From Candidatus Latescibacterota bacterium (GTDB lineage: Bacteria; Latescibacterota; UBA2968; UBA8231), in contig OY730476.1 in assembly GCA_963422735.1 (NCBI GenBank), positions 3,232,001-3,296,000 of the forward strand: a stretch of 64,000 nt of DNA, written 5' to 3'. Below are positions 17,913 through 27,351 of the stretch, one piece after another (positions within the stretch are counted from its first letter, which is position 1; each line of letters starts with the position of its first letter). The position numbers and the translations under genes are program-made. Below the pieces are notes generated by a model. That model was not told where the DNA came from. It searched no databases and saw nothing but the letters and a program-made list of their open reading frames with translations.

Positions 17913-20669
17913 ATGAGAGACCTACGGTGGATACTCGCTGCCTTGCTCGTCGCGGCGATGAGCGCCCATGCCCAAGGCCGGCGCTGGGGAGCGGAAATTA
18001 CCTATGAGCCTCGGGGGCCGGGTGTGCTCTTCGACGCGTTGGATCCAGCGGTTAAGCGCTGGTACGTGCCGCAGGAGCTGTTTGCCGACTACGGTTGGCA
18101 GCAGTGGCAGTACACCAACTACGCGCGCGACGCGTACGAGCGCTACGTCAGCACCACGATTGAAGGCTCTCCGTTCTACGATCTGTACGGCAACTACTTG
18201 ACGCGCGGCTGGCTCATCTACGACTGGAGCCAGAACCAGCCCGTGCAATTTGGTTCGTCCATCTTCAAGGATCAGCGCTTTAACAATTGGTTCAACGCGG
18301 TCACTATTAGCTCAGACTCGCAGGGGCAGTTCTACTATGCGATCACGGTGGGCGAGCGAATCCGCACGACCCTGACTCCGCTCACCTTCTCTAAGCCTGC
18401 CTTCAGCGGCGTGCAGATGGACTTTGCCGCGGACAAGTACGAGGGCACCCTGCTCTTTTCGCGGGTGAGCCGTCCGGTCATCGGCAGTACGCCCAACGAC
18501 CCTAGTTCCGTCTCCAATGCCACCAACCTGATGGCTGGCCGCGCCGTGGTCCAACTCGGCGATTTCGTGGCTGTGGGGGCCAATTTAGTCAATGCGCGCA
18601 ACTCCACCACGGTGGCCGATGCCTTTGAACGCAACCCCTTCGTCGGTACCCTCGCTGCCAATCAGGGCAGCCTGCCGATCTCGGGCATTGCCTTGGTCCT
18701 CAGCGACGACTCGCCCGAGGACGGTCGGGGTGGGGCGACCCTATTTTCGCACGACCTCGTCTTGACGAGCGAGGATCCAGATACGGGGGAGCGCGAGCAA
18801 TTTAGGCTCCGCGATGTGGTCGCCGATCCGGCGCGGTGGCCCGTGGTCTCGGGCGGAGCGCCCAAGGAAGGGGCTTTAGCTGCCGACGGCGACGAGAAGA
18901 TCGTCATCAACTACGACTTCGCGGATATCGCCTATACCGGCCCACGGCCCTCGGAGATCGTCGCGGTGCAGTTCGACTTAGTCTTGGCTAATGACTACAA
19001 GGTGCAGGTTTGGTCCGATCGGCAAACGGGCAGCCGCGCCCTGCCGGTCCTGCCGCTGACGGGCCAGGACATTGAGGATCAGTCCCCGGCGTTGTTCGAC
19101 ATCCTCAGTGCCGAGGGCAATGTGCAGGACAATTCCAACCAGCAGCGGGTCGTCTTCGACTACGGATTGCCGTCGTCCCGCTTGATCTACGGCTTCACCC
19201 TAAACGCCACGGATATCAAGGGCTTAGACCTATACGCGGAGTTCGATGTCAGCCGCTCATACAGCCAGTACCCTAACCCGGCGCGCCAAGCAGCCGCTCG
19301 CTCGCTAACCACGTACGCCCGCGACGCCGAGGCTTGGATGGTCAACGCCGCAAAAGTAGCCTCCCCGTTTTACTTTTTTGGCGAGGCATACAGCATGGAC
19401 CCGGATTACTCGACGAGCTCGTTTATCGTGGACGACAACGGGGGCATTACCTACGACAATCCGCGCACCTCCCTGTACGAGTTGGTTGACGACAACGACG
19501 ACCAAGACCGCTCGGCCGATTGGTTCCGCTTCTCGCAGGGCGGTGGCGATGTGGCCGTCTTCCCGGGGTGGGACGAGAACAACGACTTTGTCTCCGACTT
19601 CAACCAAAACGACAATCGTATCCTCAACAACCGCATCCCGGATTACGAAGAACCTTTCTTTCGCTATGCGGCCGATCGCCCAGAGTTTTTGTTTGGCATC
19701 GACCTAAACAACAACGGTTGGATCGACCGCTTTGAAAACGACGACTTGCCTGACTACCCCTACAAGATCGATCGCCGGGGCTACAACCTGTACGCCGGCA
19801 TTTTCCTCGACCCGCACACTCGGCTGACGTTGGGCAGGCTGAGCGAGAAGAGCATGGCTTCCGACGGGCGCAACCGGGCCGCGTATGGCCTGCTGACCTA
19901 CGACCGCGACTTCACTTGGGGCCGGTTGCGGGCCTTTGAGATGCTGCGGCGCGTCGAAGACGATATCGCCGACGACCGGCGCGAGATGACGCCGCACCTC
20001 GAAGTCAACTCGCTCGCGCTGGTGCGCGACATCCTGCCGGCGCGGGACACGTGGATCAACACGACCTATGTACAGCTCGATTACCAGCCGCTCGACAACC
20101 TAAACGCGAGCAACAAGTTCAATTACGAGCGTTTTTGGCAGCAGGGCCGTGCGTTCAAAAGCCGCGTCAAAGGCCCAGTTCTCAATCGAGGCAGCCACTT
20201 GATTGGATTGATCAACAAAGCGGATTACACCTTTGGCTTGGCTGGCTTTAGGTTGCAGCCCAAGGTCAAGAGCGAGTATCTCAACCAGACCGCGCTCGAA
20301 GCGCGCGCCGAGGATCGCGAGGAGTGGGTCGGCACAGGCATCGTGCTGCTGAGCCACCCGCTGTTGAGCCAGTCGCTGGTGGAAGGAGGCGTCGAATTTT
20401 CTCTGTTCCGGGACTTGATTCTCAAAGAGGACGAGCAGCTCGCCAACGGCCCGGCCGGGCCTACGGGCGACTTCCGCAACTTGGTGCTGGCCCTGCAATG
20501 GTCCAGTGCCGGTTCCTACTTGGGCTACCGGCTCACGACGCAGTTTGGCTTTAGTTACACGCGCCTGTGGGAGGAGCGGGTGATTATCGGCAGCGAAGGC
20601 TTGGAGCGGACGAATGAAATCAGCGCCTTTAGCACCAGCTTCATAACCGTGTACGCGGGGCTGGGATAG
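17913..20669 (+). CDS. Large exported protein, putative outer-membrane beta-barrel with D/N-rich loops (paralogue A)
   Basis: Signal peptide (AHA-Q); alternating hydrophobic/polar strands in the C-terminal third, ending FITVYAGLG; VDDNDDQD, GWDENNDFVSDFNQND, DLNNNGWIDRFEND. Confidence 0.6.
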   Translation: MRDLRWILAALLVAAMSAHAQGRRWGAEITYEPRGPGVLFDALDPAVKRWYVPQELFADYGWQQWQYTNYARDAYERYVSTTIEGSPFYDLYGNYLTRGWLIYDWSQNQPVQFGSSIFKDQRFNNWFNAVTISSDSQGQFYYAITVGERIRTTLTPLTFSKPAFSGVQMDFAADKYEGTLLFSRVSRPVIGSTPNDPSSVSNATNLMAGRAVVQLGDFVAVGANLVNARNSTTVADAFERNPFVGTLAANQGSLPISGIALVLSDDSPEDGRGGATLFSHDLVLTSEDPDTGEREQFRLRDVVADPARWPVVSGGAPKEGALAADGDEKIVINYDFADIAYTGPRPSEIVAVQFDLVLANDYKVQVWSDRQTGSRALPVLPLTGQDIEDQSPALFDILSAEGNVQDNSNQQRVVFDYGLPSSRLIYGFTLNATDIKGLDLYAEFDVSRSYSQYPNPARQAAARSLTTYARDAEAWMVNAAKVASPFYFFGEAYSMDPDYSTSSFIVDDNGGITYDNPRTSLYELVDDNDDQDRSADWFRFSQGGGDVAVFPGWDENNDFVSDFNQNDNRILNNRIPDYEEPFFRYAADRPEFLFGIDLNNNGWIDRFENDDLPDYPYKIDRRGYNLYAGIFLDPHTRLTLGRLSEKSMASDGRNRAAYGLLTYDRDFTWGRLRAFEMLRRVEDDIADDRREMTPHLEVNSLALVRDILPARDTWINTTYVQLDYQPLDNLNASNKFNYERFWQQGRAFKSRVKGPVLNRGSHLIGLINKADYTFGLAGFRLQPKVKSEYLNQTALEARAEDREEWVGTGIVLLSHPLLSQSLVEGGVEFSLFRDLILKEDEQLANGPAGPTGDFRNLVLALQWSSAGSYLGYRLTTQFGFSYTRLWEERVIIGSEGLERTNEISAFSTSFITVYAGLG

Positions 20670-20674
20670 CTATT

Positions 20675-23533
20675 ATGAACGCCAGCTTGCGCTGCGTCGG
20701 TGCTCTCTGCTGGGCCGCGCTGCTTTGGGCCGCGCCGCTCAACGCCCAGCGCGAGGATTACGGCAGCCGCTTGGGCCGCATCGAAGCGGGCCAGCCGATC
20801 TACTATTCGTCCGGCACGGGGCTGCGCATGGAAGCCGTCTATCCCTCGTTGCAGAAGTGGTATCTGCCGCAGGAAGTCGCCGGCGAGTACCGCCGGCAGT
20901 GGAGCTACACCAACTACGCGCGGGACCCCTACCGGCGCTATCTCGATCCCGCCTTGGAGGGCGGGTACTTCTACGACCTCTACGGGCGCTTCTTGAACAA
21001 GGGCTGGTTGATCTACGACTGGCGTCAGGTCCAGCCGATCGGCTCGGGCGGCTCGGGCATCTTGCAGGCCGGCCAATACGGCTCGTGGTTCAACAACTTG
21101 GTCCTTGCCGGCGACACCAAGGGCCAGCACTACCTCTCGGTACTCATCGGCGACGAGATCTTCGCCATGCTGACGCCCATGACTTTTCGCAAGACCGCGT
21201 ACAATGGGGTTATGTTCAACTACGCGGCCGATCGCCTGACGGCCACCGTGCTCATGTCGCGGATCAACCTGCCGCTCTTCCGCACGGACCCCTTTCCCGT
21301 GACCGAGGACAATTTCACCAACCTCATCGGCGGTCGCATAGTCTGGGACCTTGGTGCTACGACGCGGATCGGCGGCACCTTTCTCAACGCACACAACGGT
21401 CGGACGGCCTCTGACCGCTTTGAGGGCCATCCGCTCAAGGGCAAGCTGACGAGCGGCCAGCTAGACGGACGCATCGACCGCATCGTGGTGCGGCTAACCG
21501 ACGATTCGCCCGAAGACGAGGGCGGCGGGGCCGTGCTTTTTAGCAGCGACATTGAGATTGAGACGCGGATCGGCGAGCGCGACACCCTGCTGATTGGCAG
21601 CCAGATTGGCTTCGCGCCGCGCATCATTGGTGGGATCGAGCGGGGTGGTTTTTTGACGGCCGAGGGCCGGGGCGAGGCGAGCCAGATTTTGCTCGAATAC
21701 GCGTTTTCCGACGACGATCCGGCGGTCATGGATCTAGAGGCCGTAGTGCCGAGCGCGGATTTGGTCAACCAAATCAGCCGGGTGCGCTTCCGCTTGGTGT
21801 TGGGCAACGACTACAAGGTAGAGGTCGCGTCCAACCGCCAGACCGACAATAATGCCAGCGGCGAGCAGCCGCAGTTTCGCACGGTCGCCCGGGCTGAGGG
21901 CAACGTCTGGGACAACTCCAACCAGCGAACGGTCGTCTTCGACTACGGACTGCCGACGGCGACGCAGGTGGCCGGGCTGACGCTACAGGCCGACGATTGG
22001 GCCGGCTTCCGCGTGTACGGCGAATTCAACCTCAACCACCAGTTCACCCAGTACCCGACGCGGACGCGGGATACGCACAAGGCGTCCTCGGGCATTGGCG
22101 GAGATCGTGCGGCCCTCGGCTGGACGTTCAATGTCTCGCGCCGTTTGGCATCGTTTTTCTTTTTTGGCGAGGCATTCGGCCTAGACGCCGAATACGACAC
22201 AAGCCCGCGCTTTGTCGATAGCAGCGGCCGGGTGGATTGGTCAAACGACGACGAAGCGCGGGCTCGGCACGTGTACGACTTTGTCGATGACAACGACGAC
22301 AACGACCGCATCAACGACCAAAAGCGCCGCTTTGACGACGGCCGCACCGCCGACCAGCGCGGCGTCCGCGCACGCACCTTTGAGGGTTTTGCCGACGACG
22401 CGGTCTTCCCCGGCCTCGACGAGAACAACGATTTCATTTCCGATTTCAATCAGAACGATCTGCGCGAGCGTCCCAATTTCTTGCCCGACTACGAAGAGCC
22501 TTTTCTCCGCTACAATGTCGATCGGCCCGAGTATCTCTTCGCCCTCGACCTGAACAACAACGGCTGGGGCGATCGCTTTGAAAACGACGAAGAGCCCGAC
22601 TATCCCTACAAGCGCGACCGGCGCGGGTACAACGCCTATCTAAGCGCGGATCTCCGGCCCGAGCTTAAGCTGACGACTGGACAGGTGTGGGAGCGCAAGC
22701 CGACGACGGGGGAGCGCAATCGCACGTACTATGCCCTGCTTGCGTACGAACAGAGCTTTGCCGGATGGGGCATGCTGACGGCGTATAATGCGTTCAAATG
22801 GGTCGCCGACGCGATCGCCGAAGACTTGGTGCAGTGGATTCAACTGCGCCCCGTGCTCGGTCGCCCGAGCAATTCCCCCGGCAGCATGATCGCCATCCGC
22901 GATCCGCTGGGCATGGGCGACGCCTTGGTCAACAAGCTGTGGATAGGTGCTGAGCGCCGCCGCCGCGATGGCTTCCAGAGCGCAAACAAGCTGCTGTTTG
23001 AGTTCATGCAGCAGCGGCGAGAAGCTGCCGTTGACCGCGATGGCCGCCGCTTGCAGCGCAAGGCGCGGCGCTTGGGGCTGATCAACAAGGCCGAGTACCC
23101 AGTGCATCTGGGCCGCATAACCGCGCTACCGCGCCTCAAGCAAGAGTTGTTTATGGACGATACCCCGTTCAATATCGAGCGGCAGCTAGGCACTCCGACG
23201 GCCGAGCGCCGCGATTGGAGCGCGATGGTCTCGGTATTGGTAAAGGTGCCCTTTATGAAACGCTCGGTCGTACAACTCGGCACAGAGTACCTGCGCTTCC
23301 GCGACATGGTCGTGGACGAGACCACAGTACCCCCGGGCGATTCCACCGGGGACTACGACGAGACGTCCTTTGCCGTGCAATTGTCCAATACGACATCGTA
23401 TTTGGGCTATAAGCTCATGTCCCAAGTGGGACTGCGCATCGACAAGCGGCAGATAGAGCGCGCGGCGCAGAAGGCTCGCACCGAAACCAGCGGTTTGACT
23501 TTTGTCACAGTACAAGCAGGGCTTAGTGATTAG
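20675..23533 (+). CDS. Large exported protein, putative outer-membrane beta-barrel with D/N-rich loops (paralogue B)
   Basis: Signal peptide; shares KWYLPQE, YTNYARD, FYDLYG..L.KGWLIYDW, LTDDSPED, VFDYGLP, PDYEEPF, DLNNNGW.DRFEND and GLINKAEY blocks with 17913-20669. Confidence 0.6.
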   Translation: MNASLRCVGALCWAALLWAAPLNAQREDYGSRLGRIEAGQPIYYSSGTGLRMEAVYPSLQKWYLPQEVAGEYRRQWSYTNYARDPYRRYLDPALEGGYFYDLYGRFLNKGWLIYDWRQVQPIGSGGSGILQAGQYGSWFNNLVLAGDTKGQHYLSVLIGDEIFAMLTPMTFRKTAYNGVMFNYAADRLTATVLMSRINLPLFRTDPFPVTEDNFTNLIGGRIVWDLGATTRIGGTFLNAHNGRTASDRFEGHPLKGKLTSGQLDGRIDRIVVRLTDDSPEDEGGGAVLFSSDIEIETRIGERDTLLIGSQIGFAPRIIGGIERGGFLTAEGRGEASQILLEYAFSDDDPAVMDLEAVVPSADLVNQISRVRFRLVLGNDYKVEVASNRQTDNNASGEQPQFRTVARAEGNVWDNSNQRTVVFDYGLPTATQVAGLTLQADDWAGFRVYGEFNLNHQFTQYPTRTRDTHKASSGIGGDRAALGWTFNVSRRLASFFFFGEAFGLDAEYDTSPRFVDSSGRVDWSNDDEARARHVYDFVDDNDDNDRINDQKRRFDDGRTADQRGVRARTFEGFADDAVFPGLDENNDFISDFNQNDLRERPNFLPDYEEPFLRYNVDRPEYLFALDLNNNGWGDRFENDEEPDYPYKRDRRGYNAYLSADLRPELKLTTGQVWERKPTTGERNRTYYALLAYEQSFAGWGMLTAYNAFKWVADAIAEDLVQWIQLRPVLGRPSNSPGSMIAIRDPLGMGDALVNKLWIGAERRRRDGFQSANKLLFEFMQQRREAAVDRDGRRLQRKARRLGLINKAEYPVHLGRITALPRLKQELFMDDTPFNIERQLGTPTAERRDWSAMVSVLVKVPFMKRSVVQLGTEYLRFRDMVVDETTVPPGDSTGDYDETSFAVQLSNTTSYLGYKLMSQVGLRIDKRQIERAAQKARTETSGLTFVTVQAGLSD

Positions 23534-25205
23534 ATCGAAGCACGCGGTATATGGGCTGTGGATTCTTGTTTTCTGGAGCTGCGGCACACCAGCCGAGGAC
23601 TTGGTGGTGGCCCGAGTCGGCGAGGTGGAAATTGACGCCCCCCAATTGCTGGAGTTTGAAGAGAAGATACACCGCGATCTGCGGAGCAAAAAGACGGGTG
23701 CTGACGCCTATTTCGACTACTTGCAGACCATGATCGACAAGGAGCTCATGGTCCTAGAGGCCAAAAAGCGGGGCCTCGACCAGCGCGCCGACTTCCGCCG
23801 CAAGATGGACAAATTGTATAGCGACCGCGTCTTGCGCCGCTTTTTGCAGCTTGAGGTGCATGACAAGATCGTCCACACGCAAGAGGAAATGCTGGCTCAC
23901 CAGCGAGAGACGGGCCGCGATCGCGCCGTGCAGGTGCGGCGCATCGTCGTAGCCACAATACAAGAGGCTCAAGCAATCAAGGCGGCCTTGGAGGGCGGCG
24001 ACGATTTCGACGCATGGGCCAGCCGCAGCTTGCTCGCGGCGACCCAGCTAGAGGAGGGCCGCTACCTGCTCAAGGACGAGCTGTATCCACCCATCTTGCA
24101 GGAGGAGGTCTTTCCGCTGGCACTGGGTCAGTTCTCGGAGCCGGTGCTCTTCAACGACCAATTCGGCGTGTACGAGGTGACGGCCGAAGTGCCGGTCGCG
24201 CTCTCGGTCGTGCAATCGGTAATCGAGGCCGAGCTGATCGCGGAGAAGGTGCCGCCGGCCGTGCAAGCCCTGTCGGCCCGCTTGCGGCAGGAGCTCGACT
24301 TTGTGGTTTACGCCCAAGTCTTGGAGCGCGTACGCGGGCGCATCGGGCAGGGCGCCAAAGTGTTTTCTGCAAAGGAGCGCGAGCAGCCTATCTACGAGCA
24401 CGAGAGCGGCGTCTTTACCACCGGCGATCTGCTCAACTTCGCCCGCGAGCTAGGCGTCGGTTTTCCAAAGGACGCGCCCGAGCAGTTCGACTGGTTCGTC
24501 CATGACATCGTCGAGCCGCGCGCCCTGCTTTTGGCCGGTGCATATACGGCGGGCGTTGACCGCGAAGAAGGAGTGGTCGCTTGGTTCCAAAAGCGGCAGC
24601 TATCAAACCTGCTAGTGGCCATGCGCCGGGACGTGGTCGATGGTGTCTTCGCCAGCCGCGAAGAAGCTCGTGCGTTCTACGACCGCCACTCAGACCTTTT
24701 CCGCCCCCTCGAATCGATCGCCGTGCAGGAAATTTTGCTCCGCACCGAGGAGGAGGCACTGGCGCTGCGCGAGGAAGTGGCGCGCGGCGGCGACTTGGGT
24801 GCGCTCGCCGCCGAGCACACCTTGCGCCGGCGCGGCAGAGCTAACCAAGGCGAGTTCCACCTGCATCCTTGGGAGAAGCAACAGTTCGTCCCGCTTTTTG
24901 AGGCGGCCCAAGGGCAAAAAATCGGCGCACTCATCGGCCCTATCGCCTTGGAGGTCGCTGCCGCCGAGGTGCTAAGCCTCGAGCCAGTCAGCGGCCCGTA
25001 CTACGCCATTTTCCGGTTGCTCGATTCGACGATCGACGCCGCACCCAAGCCCTTCGCGCAGGCCGAGCGCCGTGCTCGGGCGCTGATCCGCCGCCAAAAG
25101 CAGGAGCGACTCTTCGGACAGTTCATCATCCAATTGCGCCACCAATACGGGGCGCAAATCGAGGTTTTCCGCGAGCAGGTGGAGGCCCTCGTTCGCAATA
25201 CTTAA
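23526..25205 (+). CDS. PpiC/parvulin-type peptidyl-prolyl isomerase (SurA/PrsA-like lipoprotein, two rotamase domains)
   Basis: GTG start overlapping the previous stop; FWSC lipobox-like; VARVGEVEI; VQVRRIVV..EAQAIKAALEGGDDF and VQEILL..EEEA..LREEVARGGDLGALAAEH. Confidence 0.8.
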   Translation: MIRSKHAVYGLWILVFWSCGTPAEDLVVARVGEVEIDAPQLLEFEEKIHRDLRSKKTGADAYFDYLQTMIDKELMVLEAKKRGLDQRADFRRKMDKLYSDRVLRRFLQLEVHDKIVHTQEEMLAHQRETGRDRAVQVRRIVVATIQEAQAIKAALEGGDDFDAWASRSLLAATQLEEGRYLLKDELYPPILQEEVFPLALGQFSEPVLFNDQFGVYEVTAEVPVALSVVQSVIEAELIAEKVPPAVQALSARLRQELDFVVYAQVLERVRGRIGQGAKVFSAKEREQPIYEHESGVFTTGDLLNFARELGVGFPKDAPEQFDWFVHDIVEPRALLLAGAYTAGVDREEGVVAWFQKRQLSNLLVAMRRDVVDGVFASREEARAFYDRHSDLFRPLESIAVQEILLRTEEEALALREEVARGGDLGALAAEHTLRRRGRANQGEFHLHPWEKQQFVPLFEAAQGQKIGALIGPIALEVAAAEVLSLEPVSGPYYAIFRLLDSTIDAAPKPFAQAERRARALIRRQKQERLFGQFIIQLRHQYGAQIEVFREQVEALVRNT

Positions 25206-25301
25206 GAGTCAGTGGCCAGTGGTCAGTCCCCGCACCGCGCCCTATGGGTGCTCACTAAGCTAGCACGAGGAATTTTAAGGACTCTTCTAAGGAGGCTAAA
25301 A

Positions 25302-27194
25302 GTGGTAAGAGTCGAAGCGAACATACCTTTTGTCGAGCCGCCCCAATGGGCCGTTCTCGAGCGCAGCCTAATCGACCTGATGGACGCTTCTGTCCATCCG
25401 CTCATGCAGCGCTACGTGCGCCCAGACGGCTCGGTGCTGTGGCCGCCCACAGACGACTTTAGCAGCATCGATGGCCTCGACGACGCGTACGAGAGCTTTC
25501 ACAACTGGCCGCTCTTTTACTTGATGGGCGGCGGCGATCACATTCTCGAATATTCCCACCGCACTTGGGAGGGCATTACCCGGCAGTTTTCCCGCTACGA
25601 CACCGGCCACGGCCATCCCATGGTCGTCAAAGAATACGAGCAAGGCTACGACTGGATGCACCAAGGCGAGGGGTACTTGTTTTTCTATTTGCTATGCCTT
25701 GCCGATCCAACGCACGAACAGAACGTCGAGCGCGCCAAGCGCTATGCGGGCTTCTATCTCAACGAAGACCCAGAGGCTCCCAATTACGACGCGGAGAAAA
25801 AGCTCATCCGCTGCGCCCACAACGGCAGTATGGGACCAGCACACCGCAACTTTGCAAAGCACTACACGACCTATCGCTACGCCCAGTGGAAACCTTGGCC
25901 CTTGCCCTTTCACGACATTCCCGGCATTGAGAAGGTCGAGGATTTGCAAAAGCCGGGCATGGAAGAGAAGATGGGCCGAACCCTCGTCGAGCGCATGAGC
26001 CGCGGCGATGTGGCCTGCAACCTCGCGGCTACCAGTATGGTGACCAACGCCTATCTGTGCAGCGGCGACGACAAGTACCGAGCATGGGTCGAGGAATACA
26101 CCAATGCTTGGATCGAGCGCGCCCGGCAAAACAACGGCATCCTGCCCGACAACATTGGCCTTTCGGGGCAGATCGGCGAATACATCGACGGCAAGTGGTA
26201 CGGCGGCTACTATGGCTGGACTTGGCCGCACGGCTGGCACCACCTGAGCGACGCCTGCATTGCGGCTGCGGAAAACGCGACCTTGCTCTCCGGCGACTCG
26301 CGCTACATGAACTTTCCGCGCTCGCAAATTGACGTGCTGATGCAGCAGGGGGAAATAAGGGGACAAACGCTGTACGCGCCGCACTTCTACCACGACAAAG
26401 GCTGGGACGGCTACAGCCCTATGCAGGCCCATCCCACGACCCACCTCTGGTGCATGAGTATGCAGCAAGAGGACATGGCGCGGCTCAAACAGCAGCGCAA
26501 CCACGATAGCTGGCGGCAGGTAGGCTCGCACTTTTCCAAGCACGGCGGCGGCCACGAGGCCGCTTGGACCGCGTATCTCGAAGGCGAATATCCAGAGTAC
26601 CCGGTGGACATCCTGCGGCACAACCACGCTCAGGTCTATCAGCGTTTGGCCTTTATGCGCGATGACCAGCAAGACCCTGCTACATACGGCGACTGGTATC
26701 TGCAAGTGCGCAACCCCATCACCGTCGAGGGCTTGGTACAACTGACGATGGGTGCCCCGCTCTTCATGTACAACGGCGGCCTGCTCATGGCCCGCCTGCG
26801 CTACTTCGACCCGCAACGCCGCCGGCCAGGCTTGCCGTCAGACGTGGCCGCCTTGGTGGAATCGCTCGCAGACGAGCGAGCCGTCCTGCACTTGGTCAAC
26901 CTGCACCCGACGCAGGAGCGCGAGGTCTTGCTACAGGCCGGTGCTTTTGGCGAGCATGGCTTCACCCGCGTTTCCTACCAGCAGCGCCGGCTCATCTCGG
27001 CTGAAGAAGCCGGTGCTGGACACACGCATGCCGCCCACTATCAGCAGACCGTTCAGGGGCAGCTAGAAGACAAAACGGTCGCCGTACAGAGCCGCCACTT
27101 CACCGTCTGTCTCCAAGCCGGCGCGGCCATTCGGCTCGACTTGGGGATGAAGCGTTTCGTCCATAAGCCGTCGTACGCCCTGCCGTGGAATTAG
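25302..27194 (+). CDS. Conserved hypothetical cytoplasmic enzyme, possibly an (alpha/alpha)-barrel glycosidase/lyase-like fold
   Basis: GTG after AGGAGG; no signal peptide; GLDDAYESFHNWP, YDWMHQGEG, PDNIGLSG, WYGGYYGWTWPHG, RLRYFDP.RRRPGLP.DVAALV motifs; function not assignable. Confidence 0.55.
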   Translation: MVRVEANIPFVEPPQWAVLERSLIDLMDASVHPLMQRYVRPDGSVLWPPTDDFSSIDGLDDAYESFHNWPLFYLMGGGDHILEYSHRTWEGITRQFSRYDTGHGHPMVVKEYEQGYDWMHQGEGYLFFYLLCLADPTHEQNVERAKRYAGFYLNEDPEAPNYDAEKKLIRCAHNGSMGPAHRNFAKHYTTYRYAQWKPWPLPFHDIPGIEKVEDLQKPGMEEKMGRTLVERMSRGDVACNLAATSMVTNAYLCSGDDKYRAWVEEYTNAWIERARQNNGILPDNIGLSGQIGEYIDGKWYGGYYGWTWPHGWHHLSDACIAAAENATLLSGDSRYMNFPRSQIDVLMQQGEIRGQTLYAPHFYHDKGWDGYSPMQAHPTTHLWCMSMQQEDMARLKQQRNHDSWRQVGSHFSKHGGGHEAAWTAYLEGEYPEYPVDILRHNHAQVYQRLAFMRDDQQDPATYGDWYLQVRNPITVEGLVQLTMGAPLFMYNGGLLMARLRYFDPQRRRPGLPSDVAALVESLADERAVLHLVNLHPTQEREVLLQAGAFGEHGFTRVSYQQRRLISAEEAGAGHTHAAHYQQTVQGQLEDKTVAVQSRHFTVCLQAGAAIRLDLGMKRFVHKPSYALPWN

Positions 27195-27197
27195 GAG

Positions 27198-27339
27198 TAG
27201 ACCCCTTGGGCATGGGATGCTGTCTCGCCTGCTTCACCCTGCCTTTAGGCAGGACAGTCGAGGTGAAGCGACTCCGCTCCGCTCAGCACGACAGGTAAGG
27301 ACAGTGCCTACGCATAGGCAGGACGATGCGTAGCGTCTG
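27198..27339 (+). mobile_element. Degenerate MITE-like element (inverted relative of 44699-44874) carrying a nested 47-bp insert
   Basis: Aligns with the reverse complement of 44699-44874 (GACAGGTAAGGACAGTGC, GGCAGGACGATGCGTA); right end TGCGTAGCGTCTG; left end eroded. Confidence 0.65.
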
Positions 27340-27351
27340 TTAGGAGGCGAC

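Noticed and set aside
25692-26816. Long antisense ORFs (also 35724-36827, 20555-21430, 42710-43591, 10224-11024)
   Set aside because: Shadow frames opposite well-supported genes, expected at high GC; no recognisable motifs
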